From contig NC_086097.1 of NCBI RefSeq assembly GCF_963921235.1, positions 167,092,001 to 167,156,000 on the forward strand: 64,000 nt of DNA, in the 5' to 3' direction. How positions within the stretch are numbered: the stretch's first letter is position 1; each line of letters begins with the position of its first letter. Source of the stretch: Mobula hypostoma (taxonomy: Eukaryota). The translations under genes were made by a program, and so were the position numbers. Below, one piece after another: positions 25,760 through 38,299 of the stretch. Below the pieces are notes generated by a model, which was not told the origin of the DNA, did not search any database, and saw nothing but the letters and a program-made list of their open reading frames with translations.

Positions 25760-27890
25760 TCCAGCCCTTTTACAGTATGGGAGTCCAAATCAGTATGTGG
25801 AAAGTTAAAATCACCTACTATCAAAACCTTGCGTTTCAAGCAACAATCTGCAATCTTTCTATAAATTTGTTCCTCTAAGCCCCACTGACTGTGGGTGGCC
25901 GATAATTTAATCTCATTAATGTGGTCATCTTTTCATATGCCTCAGTTACACCCATATACAATACCCATGAGGACAACATGAGTGAGGTTGATGTTCTGGA
26001 GCACGTTAATATTAAGGGAGAGGAGATGTTGGAGTTGTTAAAATACATTAGGACAGATAAGTCCCCGGGGCCTGACGGAATATTCCCCAGGTTGCTCCAT
26101 GAGGTGAGGGAAGAGATTGCTGAGCCTCTCGCTAGTATCTTTGTGTCCTCGTTGTCCACAGGAATGGTACCGGAGGATTGGAGGGAGGCAAATGTTGTCC
26201 CCTTGTTCAAAAAAAGGTAGTAGGGATAGTCTGGGCAATTATAGACCAGTGAGCCTTACGTCTGTGGTGGGAAAGCTGTTGGAAAAGATTCTTAGAGATA
26301 GGATCTATAGGCATTTAGAGAATCATGGTTTGATCAGGGACAGTCAGCATGGCTTTGTGAAGGGCAGATCATGTCTAACAAGCCTGATAGAGTTCTTTGA
26401 GGAGGTGACCAGGCATATAGATGAGGGTAGTGCAGTGGATGTGATCTACATGGATTTTAGTAAGGCATTTGGCAAGGTTCCACACAGTAGGCTTATTCAG
26501 AAAGTCAGAAGGCATGGGATCCAGGGAAGTTTGGCCAGGTGGATTCAGAAATGGCTTGCCTGCAGAAGGCAGAGGGTGGTGGTGGAGGGAGTACATTCGG
26601 ATTGGAGGATTGTGACTAGTGGTGTCCCACAAGGATCTGTTCTGGGACCTCTACTTTTTGTGATTTTTTTTAACAACTGGATGTGGGGGTAGAAGGGTGG
26701 GTTGGCAAGTTTGCAGACGACACAAAGGTTGGTGGTGTTGTAGATAGTGTAGAGGATTGTCAAAGATTGCAGAGAGACATTGATAGGATGCAGAAGTGGG
26801 CTGACAAGTGGCAGATGGAGTTCAACCCGGAGAAGTGTGAGGTGGTACACTTTGGAAGGACAAACTCCAAGGCAGAGTACAAAGTAAATGGCAGGATACT
26901 TGGTAGTGTGGAGGAGCAGAGGGATCTGGGGGTACATGTCCACAGATCCCAGAAAGTTGCCTTACAGGTAGATAGGGTAGTTAAGAAAGCTTATGGGGTG
27001 TTAGCTTTCATAAGTCGAGGGATAGAGTTTAAGAGTCGCGATGTAATGATGCAGCTCTATAAAACTCTGGTTAGGCCACACTTGGAGTACTGTGTCCAGT
27101 TCTGGTCGCCTCACTATAGGAAGGATGTGGAAGCACTGGAAAAAGTACAGAGGAGATTTACCAGGATGCTGCCTTGTTTAGAGAGTATGCATTATGATCA
27201 GAGATTAAGGGAGTTAGGGCTTTACTCTTTGGAGAGAAGGAGGATGAGAGGAGACATAATAGAGGTGTACAAGATAATAAGAGGAATAGATAGAGTGGAC
27301 AGCCAGCGCCTCTTCCCCAGGGCACCACTGCTCAATACAAGAGGACATGGCTCTAAGGTAAGGGGTGGGAAGTTCAAGGGGGATATTAGAGGAAGATTTT
27401 TTTACTCAGAGAGTGGTTGGTGCATGGAATACACTGCCTGAGTCAGTGGTGGAAGCAGATACACTAGTGAAGTTTAAGAGACTACTAGACAGGTATATGG
27501 AGGAATTTAAGTTGGGGGCTTATATGGGAGGCAGGGTTGAGGGTCGGCACAACATTGTGGGCCAAAGGGCCTGTACTGTGCTGTATTACTCTATGTTCTA
27601 TATACAAACTCTCCAGCCTGCTCTGTCTGAGCTCTGCCTTGACATTTTCCGTGACCAGTAATGCAACCCTCCCACTCTGTCATGTCTAGAACGACAGAAC
27701 CCTGGACACTGAGCTGTCAATCCTGCCCCCCTGCAACCAAGTCTCACTAATGGCTACAGTGTCACAATTTCATGTGCTGATCCAAGCCCCAAGCTCATCC
27801 ACCTTCCCTCCGATCTTCCTTGCATTGAAATATATACAGCTCAGAACATTAGTCCCACCATGCTCAATCTTTCAATTCATGACTTGTATT
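25760..27890 (-). mobile_element. Degraded CR1 APE-region fragment split by a younger CR1 (25760-25961 and 27600-27890)
   Basis: Reverse strand YRPP and VGDFNF motifs; homologous to 21840-22340. Confidence 0.6.
25962..27599 (+). mobile_element. CR1 LINE, 5'-truncated, RT domain to 3' tail, young
   Basis: [53 protein letters not shown]; few frameshifts; tail CTCTATGTTCTA; probable 8-bp TSD ATATACAA (25954-25961, 27600-27607). Confidence 0.95.
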
Positions 27891-28850
27891 CCTCAGTAAG
27901 TCATCCTTTCTTTACTTCAAACTATTTCATTTCACATAGACCATAGCTGAACTTCACCAGTGAAGCATAGCTCTACACATAGTAGAAGAACTAAATGTGT
28001 TAATAACTAGAGACATAGTTTTACAGCATTGAAACAGGCCCATCATCCCACCTCACCCATGCTGTCCAAGATGCCTGTCTGAGCTGGTCTCATTTGCCTA
28101 TATTTGTTCCATATTCCTTCTATCCATACAGCAGGCCAAACACAAACACATCTTAAATATTATAATTGGACCCACTTCTACTATTTTCTCTGGAAAATTG
28201 TTCCATATACCCTTTACTCTCTGTCTCCTTAAACCTGTGCTCTTGAATTTGAGACTCTCCTATTCAGTGAAAAAGGTTTGTGTCAGAAAGCTGAAGATTC
28301 TGAAAATTCATTAGAATAGATTAAGAATGCTTGGGAGACAATACAAAACAGGACAGTAAAAAGACAAAGTGCAGTTTATTTACATATGCACAAGTAAACT
28401 TGTATGTGCACAGGTGCAATGAAAAAGCTACTTGCAGCAGCATCACCGACACTGAGCTTCATACAAATAACATTCATGTTACGAGGATAACCAAGATTTC
28501 TTCATTAAAAAAGTGCAAGTAACAGATTTTCTGATTGTTTATAGGAAGATAATCTACTGACCTGTAAGGCAACAGAACAAAGGTGAGACACAGAAATGCC
28601 ATCCACATTCACTTCCCTAAACTAAAGCCCCTCAGGGAAGGGTAAGGGAATGAAAACAATGGAAAGACTGGAAGAGAGGAGCTGCCACTCAATGATCACA
28701 TGGATAAGGAAAATGCGGAAGGAAGGATCACTGATTACATGTAGTTTCTTTGACTTAAGAGGGTGATGTGATGAATGTTCCAGGTGCTTTTGTGTTATTC
28801 AAGCTGCATCCACAGCTGTGACACACAAAGAATACTCATCGCTTACCCAT

Positions 28851-28870
28851 TGTGGTTTGACCTTTGACCT
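28851..28870. promoter_or_regulatory. Candidate RUNX site abutting a perfect DR1 nuclear-receptor element
   Basis: TGTGGTT (28851-28857) immediately followed by TGACCTTTGACCT (28858-28870, AGGTCA-A-AGGTCA on minus). Motif match only. Confidence 0.3.
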
Positions 28871-28874
28871 AAAG

Positions 28875-29215
28875 AGTCATAGAGAGATACGGCATAGAAA
28901 CAAGCCCTTCAGCCCGCCATCTACACTGACAACCAACTACCAGTTTATACTAATCTTGCATTAATCCCAATCCCAATTTTTAAAATCTCTATTCCCAGGT
29001 TTTACCACTCACCTACACACCAAGGGCAATTTACAGTAACTGACTAACCTACTTACTTGCACATCTTGGTGATGTGGGAGGAGGGGGAGAATGGAGCACC
29101 CAGAGAAAGCTGAGAGGGTCACAGAGAGATCACACAAGTGCCATAGAGCTCATTATTGAAACTTGATTCCTTTGGCATTGAGGGAATGATTCTACCAACT
29201 GCACCACTGTGCCTC
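28875..29215 (-). mobile_element. V-SINE with CR1-type tail, degraded
   Basis: CR1-like tail (agagtcatagagagatacggcatagaaacaagccc) plus reverse-complemented SINE body. Confidence 0.5.
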
Positions 29216-30505
29216 CCATTATCCATTTTCCTCTCTCCACAGATACTGCCAAGCCTGCTGAGTGTTTCCAGCATTTTCTGCTCTCATTACATATCTCTCA
29301 ACATTGGTCCAGAATACGATGCTCCGTGGAGACAAAAGCTTTCTGCCGTCCAAATTAATTTCTCTCCTGTACGTTTTAGAGGCAAGGTCTTTAATTGTTC
29401 TGTTCCTGTTGCTCTCAAAAAGGTAAAAGAGACAAATTATCTATTCTAGAATTAACTGACGCTCATTTGACAATGGACGTTTCAATGAATAATGCCTCTA
29501 ACATTAGGCAAAAAAAGCTATATTAAAAAATGTTTTACCGATTCCTATTTTGCTGATGAACTATTTTAAAGGTTTGAAACTGGTCCTTCCTCCAGCAGGA
29601 ATTAATGTGTGACGCATATGCAAAATTGAAACACTAGGTCAGAGCACAGTAAGAACTGGGATAACACTACTGGCTATTGAAAATGCAATAAATCCATCCT
29701 TAAAGTATGTGTTCTTTGGTCTTTCTGCTGCCACACAACTGTATCCAAGGTAATGATTTAAATTCATGGTTTCCAATGAAGCTGAATGGGAGGATGCATG
29801 CAAGTTACCTTCCTTCCCTCTAGCAACACCCTGGAGCCAACTTCGTATTTATAATTTTTCCTCAAAATTTTTTACAACACAAAAGGAAGGCATTCAACCC
29901 ATCGGAACTATTCCAACTCTCAAAGCAAACCCTTCATTCCTATCCCCCACTTACATCTCAGGAACCACATCTTGCAATCCTATTATCTACTGCCACTAAT
30001 TCACAGACGCCAAGCAGTGTGTCTTGGAAATCCACGCAATAACACAGCTAAACAAAGCTATGGAAACTCAGCCCTTTGATCCAAACATAGTATTTCTGGC
30101 CTCTGCTTAATGCCCTTGATTAATGAATACCCTGACAAATGACTATTCTTATTGTCTCCACTACAAATGGCTATGATCTACACAGGACAGGATAGTTGGG
30201 TGTTATTCATGGCAGTAATTTACAATTTACTGACATAAAATGAAGAAATATAAACACAAAACATTCATAACCAATTTGGTCTTGGCAATTTCTTCAACTA
30301 ATACCGCACTATTACTTGCAATTAATGCATCTTATATAGCAATACACATTTAAATTTTTATTGAATATTTTCAGACAACACAAATTTAGTACTAGATGTT
30401 CCAACTAAACATAACCAAAGGATAAAAGAAACAACACTTGATTGGGTAACATCACACACATTACACTTTGCTTTCACCCATGCAGCTTGATATAAATGTT
30501 CTTAC

Positions 30506-30601
30506 CTTGCATTGTCTTTCTTGTAGGTTCGGAGAAGAGTGGAATAAGGAGGAGGAAGATGAGGTAGACAAATGATAGTCCATTGTATCGAAACAAACAT
30601 G
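30506..30601 (-). CDS. PIEZO2: PIEZO2 internal coding exon (exon 2 equivalent), piezo-type mechanosensitive ion channel component 2
   Basis: Minus strand reads ...cttgcctttcAG|CATGTTTG...ACAATGCAAG|GTaag, 96 bp, phase 1 at both ends. Translation (A)CLFRYNGLSFVYLIFLLLIPLFSEPTRKTMQ(G) closely matches the recalled PIEZO2 N-terminus ACAFRYNGLSFVYLIYLLLIPLFSEPTKTTMQG, and the length matches the recalled 96-bp mammalian exon 2. Exons 1 and 3 were not found in the window. Confidence 0.95.
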
Positions 30602-31184
30602 CTGAAAGGCAAGTGAGAATGGTTACTTGCTTCTGAACTCTGTGCATTAGCTTCAGATTAACAGTTATCACCAAAAAAATGAATTTACTGTTTATTTATG
30701 TGCTCAACATTCAAGAAAAACTTACTACCAGTGAGATAGTGGTAACAGCCTTGTATATCATATGAATGATAGCACCAGCTGACTAATGTAATCTAATATT
30801 TGGATTTTAATTGGAAAGCTGGAGAAGAGGCCTTGAGGCACTGATGCATAAATATCTGATTTGTTCAAGAAACGTATTCAATTTAAGCTTAGTCATATAT
30901 AAAGCAAAGCAACGTCAAACAAAACCCATTAAACTCTGTAATGAGATCAGAAATATCATATTTCTTCAATGCAAGGTACACAGTTACTACAGAATCATCC
31001 GTGATGACAGGTTTCTTGGGTCAACTTTTAACTTATTCAAGATGAAGCTGAAGTTATCACCATTTGGTTTTACACAAAAAACAATAATTTGACATTCCTC
31101 CTTGCACAAGACCACACAGCAGGCCTGAAAAAATTGCTTCACCTATGCTTTTGCAGTAGAGCTAAACAGAAATTATATCTTTCT

Positions 31185-32472
31185 TTGGACCCATTGCAAT
31201 TTGCCTATCACCAATAGGTCAACGGCAGATGCAATCTCAATGGCTCTCCACACGGCTTTAGACCACCTGGACAACACAAACACCTATGTCAGGATGCTGT
31301 TCATCAACTATAGCTCAGCATTTAATACCATCATTCCCACAATCCTGATTGAGAAGTTGTAGAACCTGGGTCTCTGTACCTCCCTCTGCAATTGGATTCT
31401 CGACTTCCTAACTGGAAGACCACAATCTGTGCGGATTGGTGATAACATCTCCTCCTCGCTAACTATCAACACCGGCGCACCTCAGGGGTGTGTGCTTAGC
31501 CCACTGCTCTACTCTCTATATACACAACAGTGTGGCTAGGCATAACTCAAATACCATCTATAAATTTGCTGATGATACAACCATTGTTGATAGAATTGCA
31601 GGTGGTGACGAGGGGGGGTACAAGGCTGAGATATGCCAACTGGTGAAGTGGTGCTACAGCAACAACCTGGCACTCAATGTTAGTAAGACGAAAGAGCTAA
31701 TTGTGGACTTCAGGAAGGGTAAGACGAAGGAACACATACCAATCCTCATAGAGGGATCAGAAGTGGAGAGAGTGAGCAGTTTCAAGTTCCCGGGTGTCAA
31801 GATCTCTGAGGATCTAACCTGGTCCCATCGATGTAGTTATAAAGAAGACAAGACAGTGGCTATACTTCATTAGGAGTTAGAAGAGATTTGGCATGTCAAC
31901 AAATACACTTAGAAACCTCTATAGTTGTACCATGGAGAGCATTCTGACAGGCTGCATCACTATCTGGTATTGGGGCGGGGGGGCAGGGGGGGGCTACGGC
32001 ACAGGACCGAAAGAAGCTGCAGAGGGTTGTAAATCTAGTCAGCTTCATCTTGGGTACAAGCCTACAAAGTACCCAGCACATCTTCAGGGAGTAGTGTCTC
32101 AGAAAGTCAGTGTCCATTATTAAGGATATCCAGCACCCAGGGCATGCCCTTTTCTCACTGTTACCATCAGGTAGGAGGTGCAGAAGCCTGAAGGCACACA
32201 CTCAGCGATTCAGGAACAGCTTCTTCCCCTCTACCATCCGATTCCTAAGTGGACATTGAATCCTTGGACACCATCTCACTTTTTAAAAAAATATACAGCA
32301 TTTCTGTTTTTTGCACATTTTTTAAAATCTATTCAGTATACTTATACTGTAATTGATTTACTTATTTATTATTTTTTTCTCTCTCATCTAAACGATGTAT
32401 TGTATTGAACTGCTGCTGCTAAGTTAACAAATTTCACATCACATGCCAGTGATAATAAACCTGATTCTGATT
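31185..32472 (+). mobile_element. Rex1/Babar-type LINE, RT domain to 3' tail
   Basis: [61 protein letters not shown]; tail AATAAACCTGATTCTGA. Confidence 0.9.
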
Positions 32473-34769
32473 TTTCATATTTATCATTTTCTCTCTCCAA
32501 CTAAAATATTGCTTCAGAGATATATAGCATGCATCCCCAACTTCCTTAGTATCAAACCCAAAATGGCTCTCAAAAGTAGCACTTACATTTCACAATTCAC
32601 ATTTCTTCCTCAGATGGCTTTTCACAGATCTCTTCAATGGCCATCCTATAGGTATCTCATAAAGAGGCAGTTGACTTTGGCTGGGCTGCTGACCCTGAGG
32701 AAAGGCAGCACAGGAATGCAGCACTGCAAACATCCTCTCCCCTGTTACAGACGATGTGCTGCTCATGCCTGGCTCTCAGGGGAATGTGCTTTTGACGGAA
32801 GGCAACTTGTTTCCAAGTGCAGTACAGCAAAGCAGTCATGTTACAGTGACACTACTCCCACTTCGTCCAGCATAGGTTGTGATTTGCTGCCCTGTTTGAA
32901 ATGGATGTTACACTTGCACTCTGCTTTTTTTTTAAAAAGGGACCCAATTGGACACTGGTATTACATACAATGCTTTGGTATTGACAATGGCACAACTCAA
33001 TTTCTACATAAAGATTTCCCAGCCTTCAACACTTTTAACTGTGTCTCGGGAAGAATTCATATGCTCCTAGGGCATTTTCTTCCCCAATTTTGCCTAACAA
33101 CGTTTTAGACTATAGAACTGTGTCCTTCAACCCACAATGTTGAACCTATCAATCAATCTAACTCTTCCCTCCTGCAAAGCCCATAACCATGTATTTTTCT
33201 TTCATCCATTTGCCAATCTAAGAGTTTCTTAAACATTCCTAATATATGAGCTTCCAGAACCACCACAGCAGTGAATTCCAGACACTGACAACTCTCTCTA
33301 CAAAAACAACCTACCACTGACCTCTCCTTAAATATTCCTTCACTCAACCTTAAAAAAGATGCTATGTTCAGGCTTCATACTACATTGGATGTTAAGTGTG
33401 TATGCAGGTATTGGAGAAATCATAAAGTTCTTCACTGTACTTCAGTACATGGGAAAATAACAAATGAACTATACTGTCCTATGGCTTAAGGAAGACAAGA
33501 GAAGGAGATTTGGAAAATGCTATGACTGAAAACATACATTTTATTTTTCATTTCAAAAAAGTATTTCCAAGATCATTTGCAATCCAACTGGTGTTTTGTA
33601 AAAGCTTAATTGCCATTGTAAAGTAGGCAGCATGGTTGCCATTTACGCACAAGAGCTCACAAGTAACAAGGTGATAATTGACCAGTTAGCCTGCTCTTTA
33701 GCTTTGAATGATCAAATAATGAGGATGTAGTTAATCAGACAAATAAGAAGAGATGGAAGACATGTGAAATACAAATATGATGATTTGGGGTTGGGACAAG
33801 AAACATCCTAGATCGTTCCACAATTAAGCTGCTCACTTAACTAAAGTTAGAATGGACCTCTGTGGTAGCTCATTTGGGCAAAAATCCACAACCACATCAA
33901 CACTACCATCTTTCTCTAGTCTTTGGATGAACTGTAGCTTTAATTCACTCTATTGGTAATTCAGAGGCTGCTGCAGTAATCGAAGCAAGTGACAGCCCCA
34001 ATACAACCTGTGTAACGCTTGAAGTAGTTCATCTAACTTGTGCCCATTTGTTCATGCTGCACAGGCCCCATCTAGTCCAAATACTGCCTGCAATGATCAA
34101 GTCAGAATGACATCCTATATGTAGCTGTGCTGTGGACCTGTGACTCAGAAATTGATAGGGAGTGCAGGCGAAGTTACACAAGAATGCATGAAAAGAGAAC
34201 AGTAGTCAGCCAACCTTGAGCCTGTCACACCATTCAATACAATCATGGCTGATTTCCCCTTAGCCTCATCCTCTTCTGCAATTCTCCATTGCCCTCAATG
34301 CCCAAATATCATCTACCTTCTCCAGTCTCCACAACTCTCCGGAGTAGAGAACTCCAGAGACGCACCATGATCTTCATGAATTCTTACACTCCTCTGCCTT
34401 AATGGCTGTTTACTCATCTTGTAAATAAAAGATTCTCTCACCAGTAGAAACAATGATCGTGACCTCCTGGGCTGAGGAAATAAAGTGAGGATGGAAGAGA
34501 AAGCAGTTCGAAGCAATAGAGAGAAGAATGATCTGTGTTAACTATCTGAAGAGATGAGAATGTCCTTTAATAGAAAGTTGCTTATTAAATATAATAAAAT
34601 ACTTTTATATCTACTATATACTGAAGCCTACTCCTGTGATACAACTCAATTAGTAACATTCTTAGTGCTGATTTAAGAAGACTGAGTTCAAAATTGCGTC
34701 TAGAGATTTGTGTATGAAATTAAGGCTGATATCTCCATGCTGTCTTCTTTCAGTCGTGCAGAGTCAGAA

Positions 34770-35465
34770 GTCACAACAGATTCTGCAGATGCTGGAAATC
34801 TTGAGCAACACTTACAAAAAAACTCAGCAGGTCAGGCTCATCTATGGAGGGAAATAAACAGTAGACTCTTCGGGCTGAGAACAGGGTTGCCAATTTTCTC
34901 ACTCCCAGATAAGGGACAAAAGTAGCAGTCAAATACAGGACACTTGTGTTTACCCCGAGAAAGACTACCATGACCATGACCATGAAGCCTTGTGCAGGCA
35001 CCTGTGTGCGCATGCATGACGTGCGCACGTGTGTACGTGCCGATTTTTTTCTACAAATCGGTTTTGGCTTCATCTTCCCAATCCTGATACACTGTACATA
35101 CATTATTTCTACTTTACATAGGCTGTGTATTTATCATATCATTCCTGCTTTTACTATATGTTAGTGTTATTTTAGGTTTATATGTTATTTGGTATGATTT
35201 GTTAGGTTATTTTTTGGGTCTGGGAACGCTCAAAAATTTTTCCCATATAAATTAATGGTAATTGCTTCCTCGCTTTACGCCATTTCAGCTTACGAACACT
35301 TTCATAGGAACGCTCTACCTTAGCGGGGGAAATACGAGACAAAGGTGGTCCCGTATGGGACAAACCAATTTAGCCCAATATACTGGATGTCCTGGCAAAT
35401 ACGGGACAGTTGGCAACCCTAGCTGAGACCCTTAATCAGGATTGGAAAGGAAGGGGAAGAGGCCC
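34770..35465 (-). mobile_element. Penelope terminal-repeat remnant split by a hAT MITE
   Basis: ctgcagatgctggaaatc...gtagactcttcgggctgaga [MITE] gctgagacccttaatcagga, the reverse complement of the hammerhead-bearing terminus. Confidence 0.7.
34882..35421. mobile_element. hAT-superfamily MITE (540 bp), copy 2
   Basis: TIRs CAGGGTTGCCAA / TTGGCAACCCTA; 8-bp TSD GCTGAGAA / GCTGAGAC (7/8). Confidence 0.9.
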
Positions 35466-36854
35466 CACCTTCTAATTCTGGTTTCTAATATATGCAAGCA
35501 GAAGACATGAATTAATTGAAATCAATGATTATTGCACAAATTCCTTGTACAGCTGGGTTAATTACAAACTTACAGTAATTCCAGCCACCCAACCCCCAAC
35601 AAAAATACTCACAAATATAAAACTAGTTGCTAACAGTAGTGGTGACCGTAGAACTGTTGGATAAATGAGCAAAAGAGATCTGATTTCCAAATGTCCTTAA
35701 GGAAAGAAAAGCTGCCATCTTCATCCTGAGTGGTCAATTTCTGACTCCAGACCCACTAACGAGCTCAGTTTAAAATGCCTCCTGAACTGGCCTAGCAAGG
35801 CACTCAGTCCAGGTGAGGATAATCAGGAATGAACAATAAATGCTGGCTTTGCAAATACCCTGATTTCTTTAGAAAGCAAAGCAAAGTTATTTGTTTTCTT
35901 CAATTGCTGTGTTAAAGAAGTGAGCTGTCAAAACACAAAATAAGTTTGCAAATTTATAGAGTCAGAAGCTGCCAATTATGTTTGACATAAGGAGAAAGAG
36001 AAGAGCCTTTCATCTCACAGCTGCTGGGTGATTTTAGACTGTGGCCAACATCAGAGAATATTATTAAACAATTACAAATGAAAAGAAGGACTTCAAGGCC
36101 ACACTTCAGGAATGAAGTGATCAGCAACCCATTTGCTCTCAAAATGAATAATTATAAACTCGTTACTGACTTCCATTGTTGGAATTGGACTGCATTATTG
36201 AAAATTGCTACTTGCTTGAATAATACCTCAATTGAAAAGTGCAATTAGTATCTTATCAGATATACTGTATTTTAACACTTTTCTAAGAAGATAAAGTGCA
36301 TTTAACTCGTGTCTTTTTCAAATTACTTTATACATCTTAACTTGTAAAGGAGGTGACATTAATTTATGTGGGCATGCTCTTACACAATAACAATTGAACT
36401 TCCTAAAGAATAAGAACCAGGATTTGCAATTAATCTCTTTATAATTGCTTCTGTGCTTTATGATTAGTATGTCCACATAAATATTTGCAGTTTTTCAACA
36501 TAACTATTAATCTGTTTGTTTTTAAATCTATTTAAGTTTATTTTATACAATTCACCTGATATCTTTTTGCAAAGGGATTCTGATTTTCCATTGGACGTTG
36601 TGTTCACCACAGCTTTAGTTTTTCATCATTAACCAATGATAGGAGTCTCCATTAATTTCACTAGGTTATCCAAAAATTAGACTCTTCTCTTTTACTGAAG
36701 TCACTTAGAACAAGGCTTCAGTTCAAAAGGTTACTGATACATGGCAACTGTGATATCTTGGAAATGGCTGAGCAGCCAATCATATTGAAGAATTCTCATG
36801 GACCATCATACTGGGAAGCAAAAGGCACCATTTTGAACCAATTTTGTATAAAAT

Positions 36855-37200
36855 CTGAATCAAGTTTATTATCACCAACATACAGTATGTCATGAAATGT
36901 ATTGTTTTATGGAAGCAGGACACTACCAGAGCATAAAATATTACTATACATTACAAAAAAAACTAAACAAATAGTGCAAAAGAGAAATAGCAACACAATA
37001 TTCATGGACCATTCAGAAATCTGAGGAAGAAGCTGTTCCTAAAATGCCGAGTGGGGGTCTTCATGTTCCTATACCTCCTCCTTGATGGTTTCAATGTGAA
37101 GAGGCACTTAATGATGGGTGCTGCCTTTTCGAGGCACTGCCTTTGGAAGACATCCTGAATGGTGGTGTTGAGTCTACAACCCTCGACAGTAGTGTTGGAC
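36855..37200 (-). mobile_element. Rex1/Babar-type 3' fragment
   Basis: ORF remnant CLEKAAPIIK...PSRRRYRNMKTPTRHFRNSFF; reverse-complemented tail at 36855. Confidence 0.7.
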
Positions 37201-37644
37201 AACCTTTTACATTCCATGCGTCAATTTTTTCACTCACGAGTTCAGATGCGCCATACAACTCTTGTATCCCCATTCAATTCTTGTAAAAATATGTTAATAT
37301 AGAACTTGTGCGTGAAAAAATCGCATCTGAACTCATGCCACTTTACCAATAATCACTAGGGTGATTCAACCTCTGGTTAATTCATCACTTGAGAGAGCCC
37401 TAGTCCTAGGTGAAGACAATTTCATCATCTCCATCCACGTTGTCCATCACCTCCACTACAGCCTTTAATGCTGCTGTTCTGTCACTACTGTTTTTGACGT
37501 GCTGAGTCATGCTGCAACTATGAGATATGTGGGAACTGCACAGGTCTTATTTAGCATATTAATGAATGTACAAAATGCCAAAATGCTACTTCTTGCATAG
37601 AATTGATCAATTTTTAGCATTTGTTGTCCTCAGAAATTGGAGTT

Positions 37645-38130
37645 GATGTTAACACATATTTATTCAAGCCAAGTTTACTGGCAAATATACAAGCGCCAGG
37701 AGGCACAGGTAAAATGACACATAGCTACAGACAACACACAGAACAGAAATCGTATATAAATTGTACAAAGCAGCGAAGAGAAAATAAATTGCGCAAAACA
37801 AGAAAAACACAACCACAGACATATCCATGGAAATGCAAAAGATGGTCCTTCGTGTTCTGTTGCCATGGTAAGGTATGGATGTGCAAATCAGTTTAAGAAC
37901 TTGGTAGCTGTTTCTGAGCCTGGTGGTGTGGGACTTCAGGCTTCTGTACCTCCTGCCTGATGGTAGCACTGAGAGGAGATTTAACTCCAATGATGGATAT
38001 CCTTGAAGGTAGATGCCATCTTCTTAAGGCAGTTCCTCCTGTAGATGCTGTCAGTGGCGAGGAGGGGCTGTGCCCATGATGGACCAGGCTGTGAGCACCA
38101 CCCGCTCCAGCTTCTTGTATTTTCATGCAC
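37645..38130 (-). mobile_element. Rex1/Babar-type 3' fragment
   Basis: LPSGRRYRSLKSHTTRLRNS motif. Confidence 0.7.
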
Positions 38131-38299
38131 CAGGATCAAAACAGGATGAACTCCATTTCCCGATGTTAATTGCGCAAGCCCTCTGAAATTTTTACAAAAT
38201 TAAACATTAGATATTTGGATATGCTTGTTGCTGGTGCTCAACAGTCATAATATAAACTCCCTCCGGCAAAACATTCAAATCTGGGTCGGCCCAGTATTC

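Noticed and set aside
30474..30674. 66-aa ORF as a standalone small protein
   Set aside because: It is the PIEZO2 exon plus read-through into the flanking introns.
32443..33108. 221-aa plus-strand ORF
   Set aside because: Starts inside a Rex1 tail, has no recognisable domain and is antisense to PIEZO2; probably chance.
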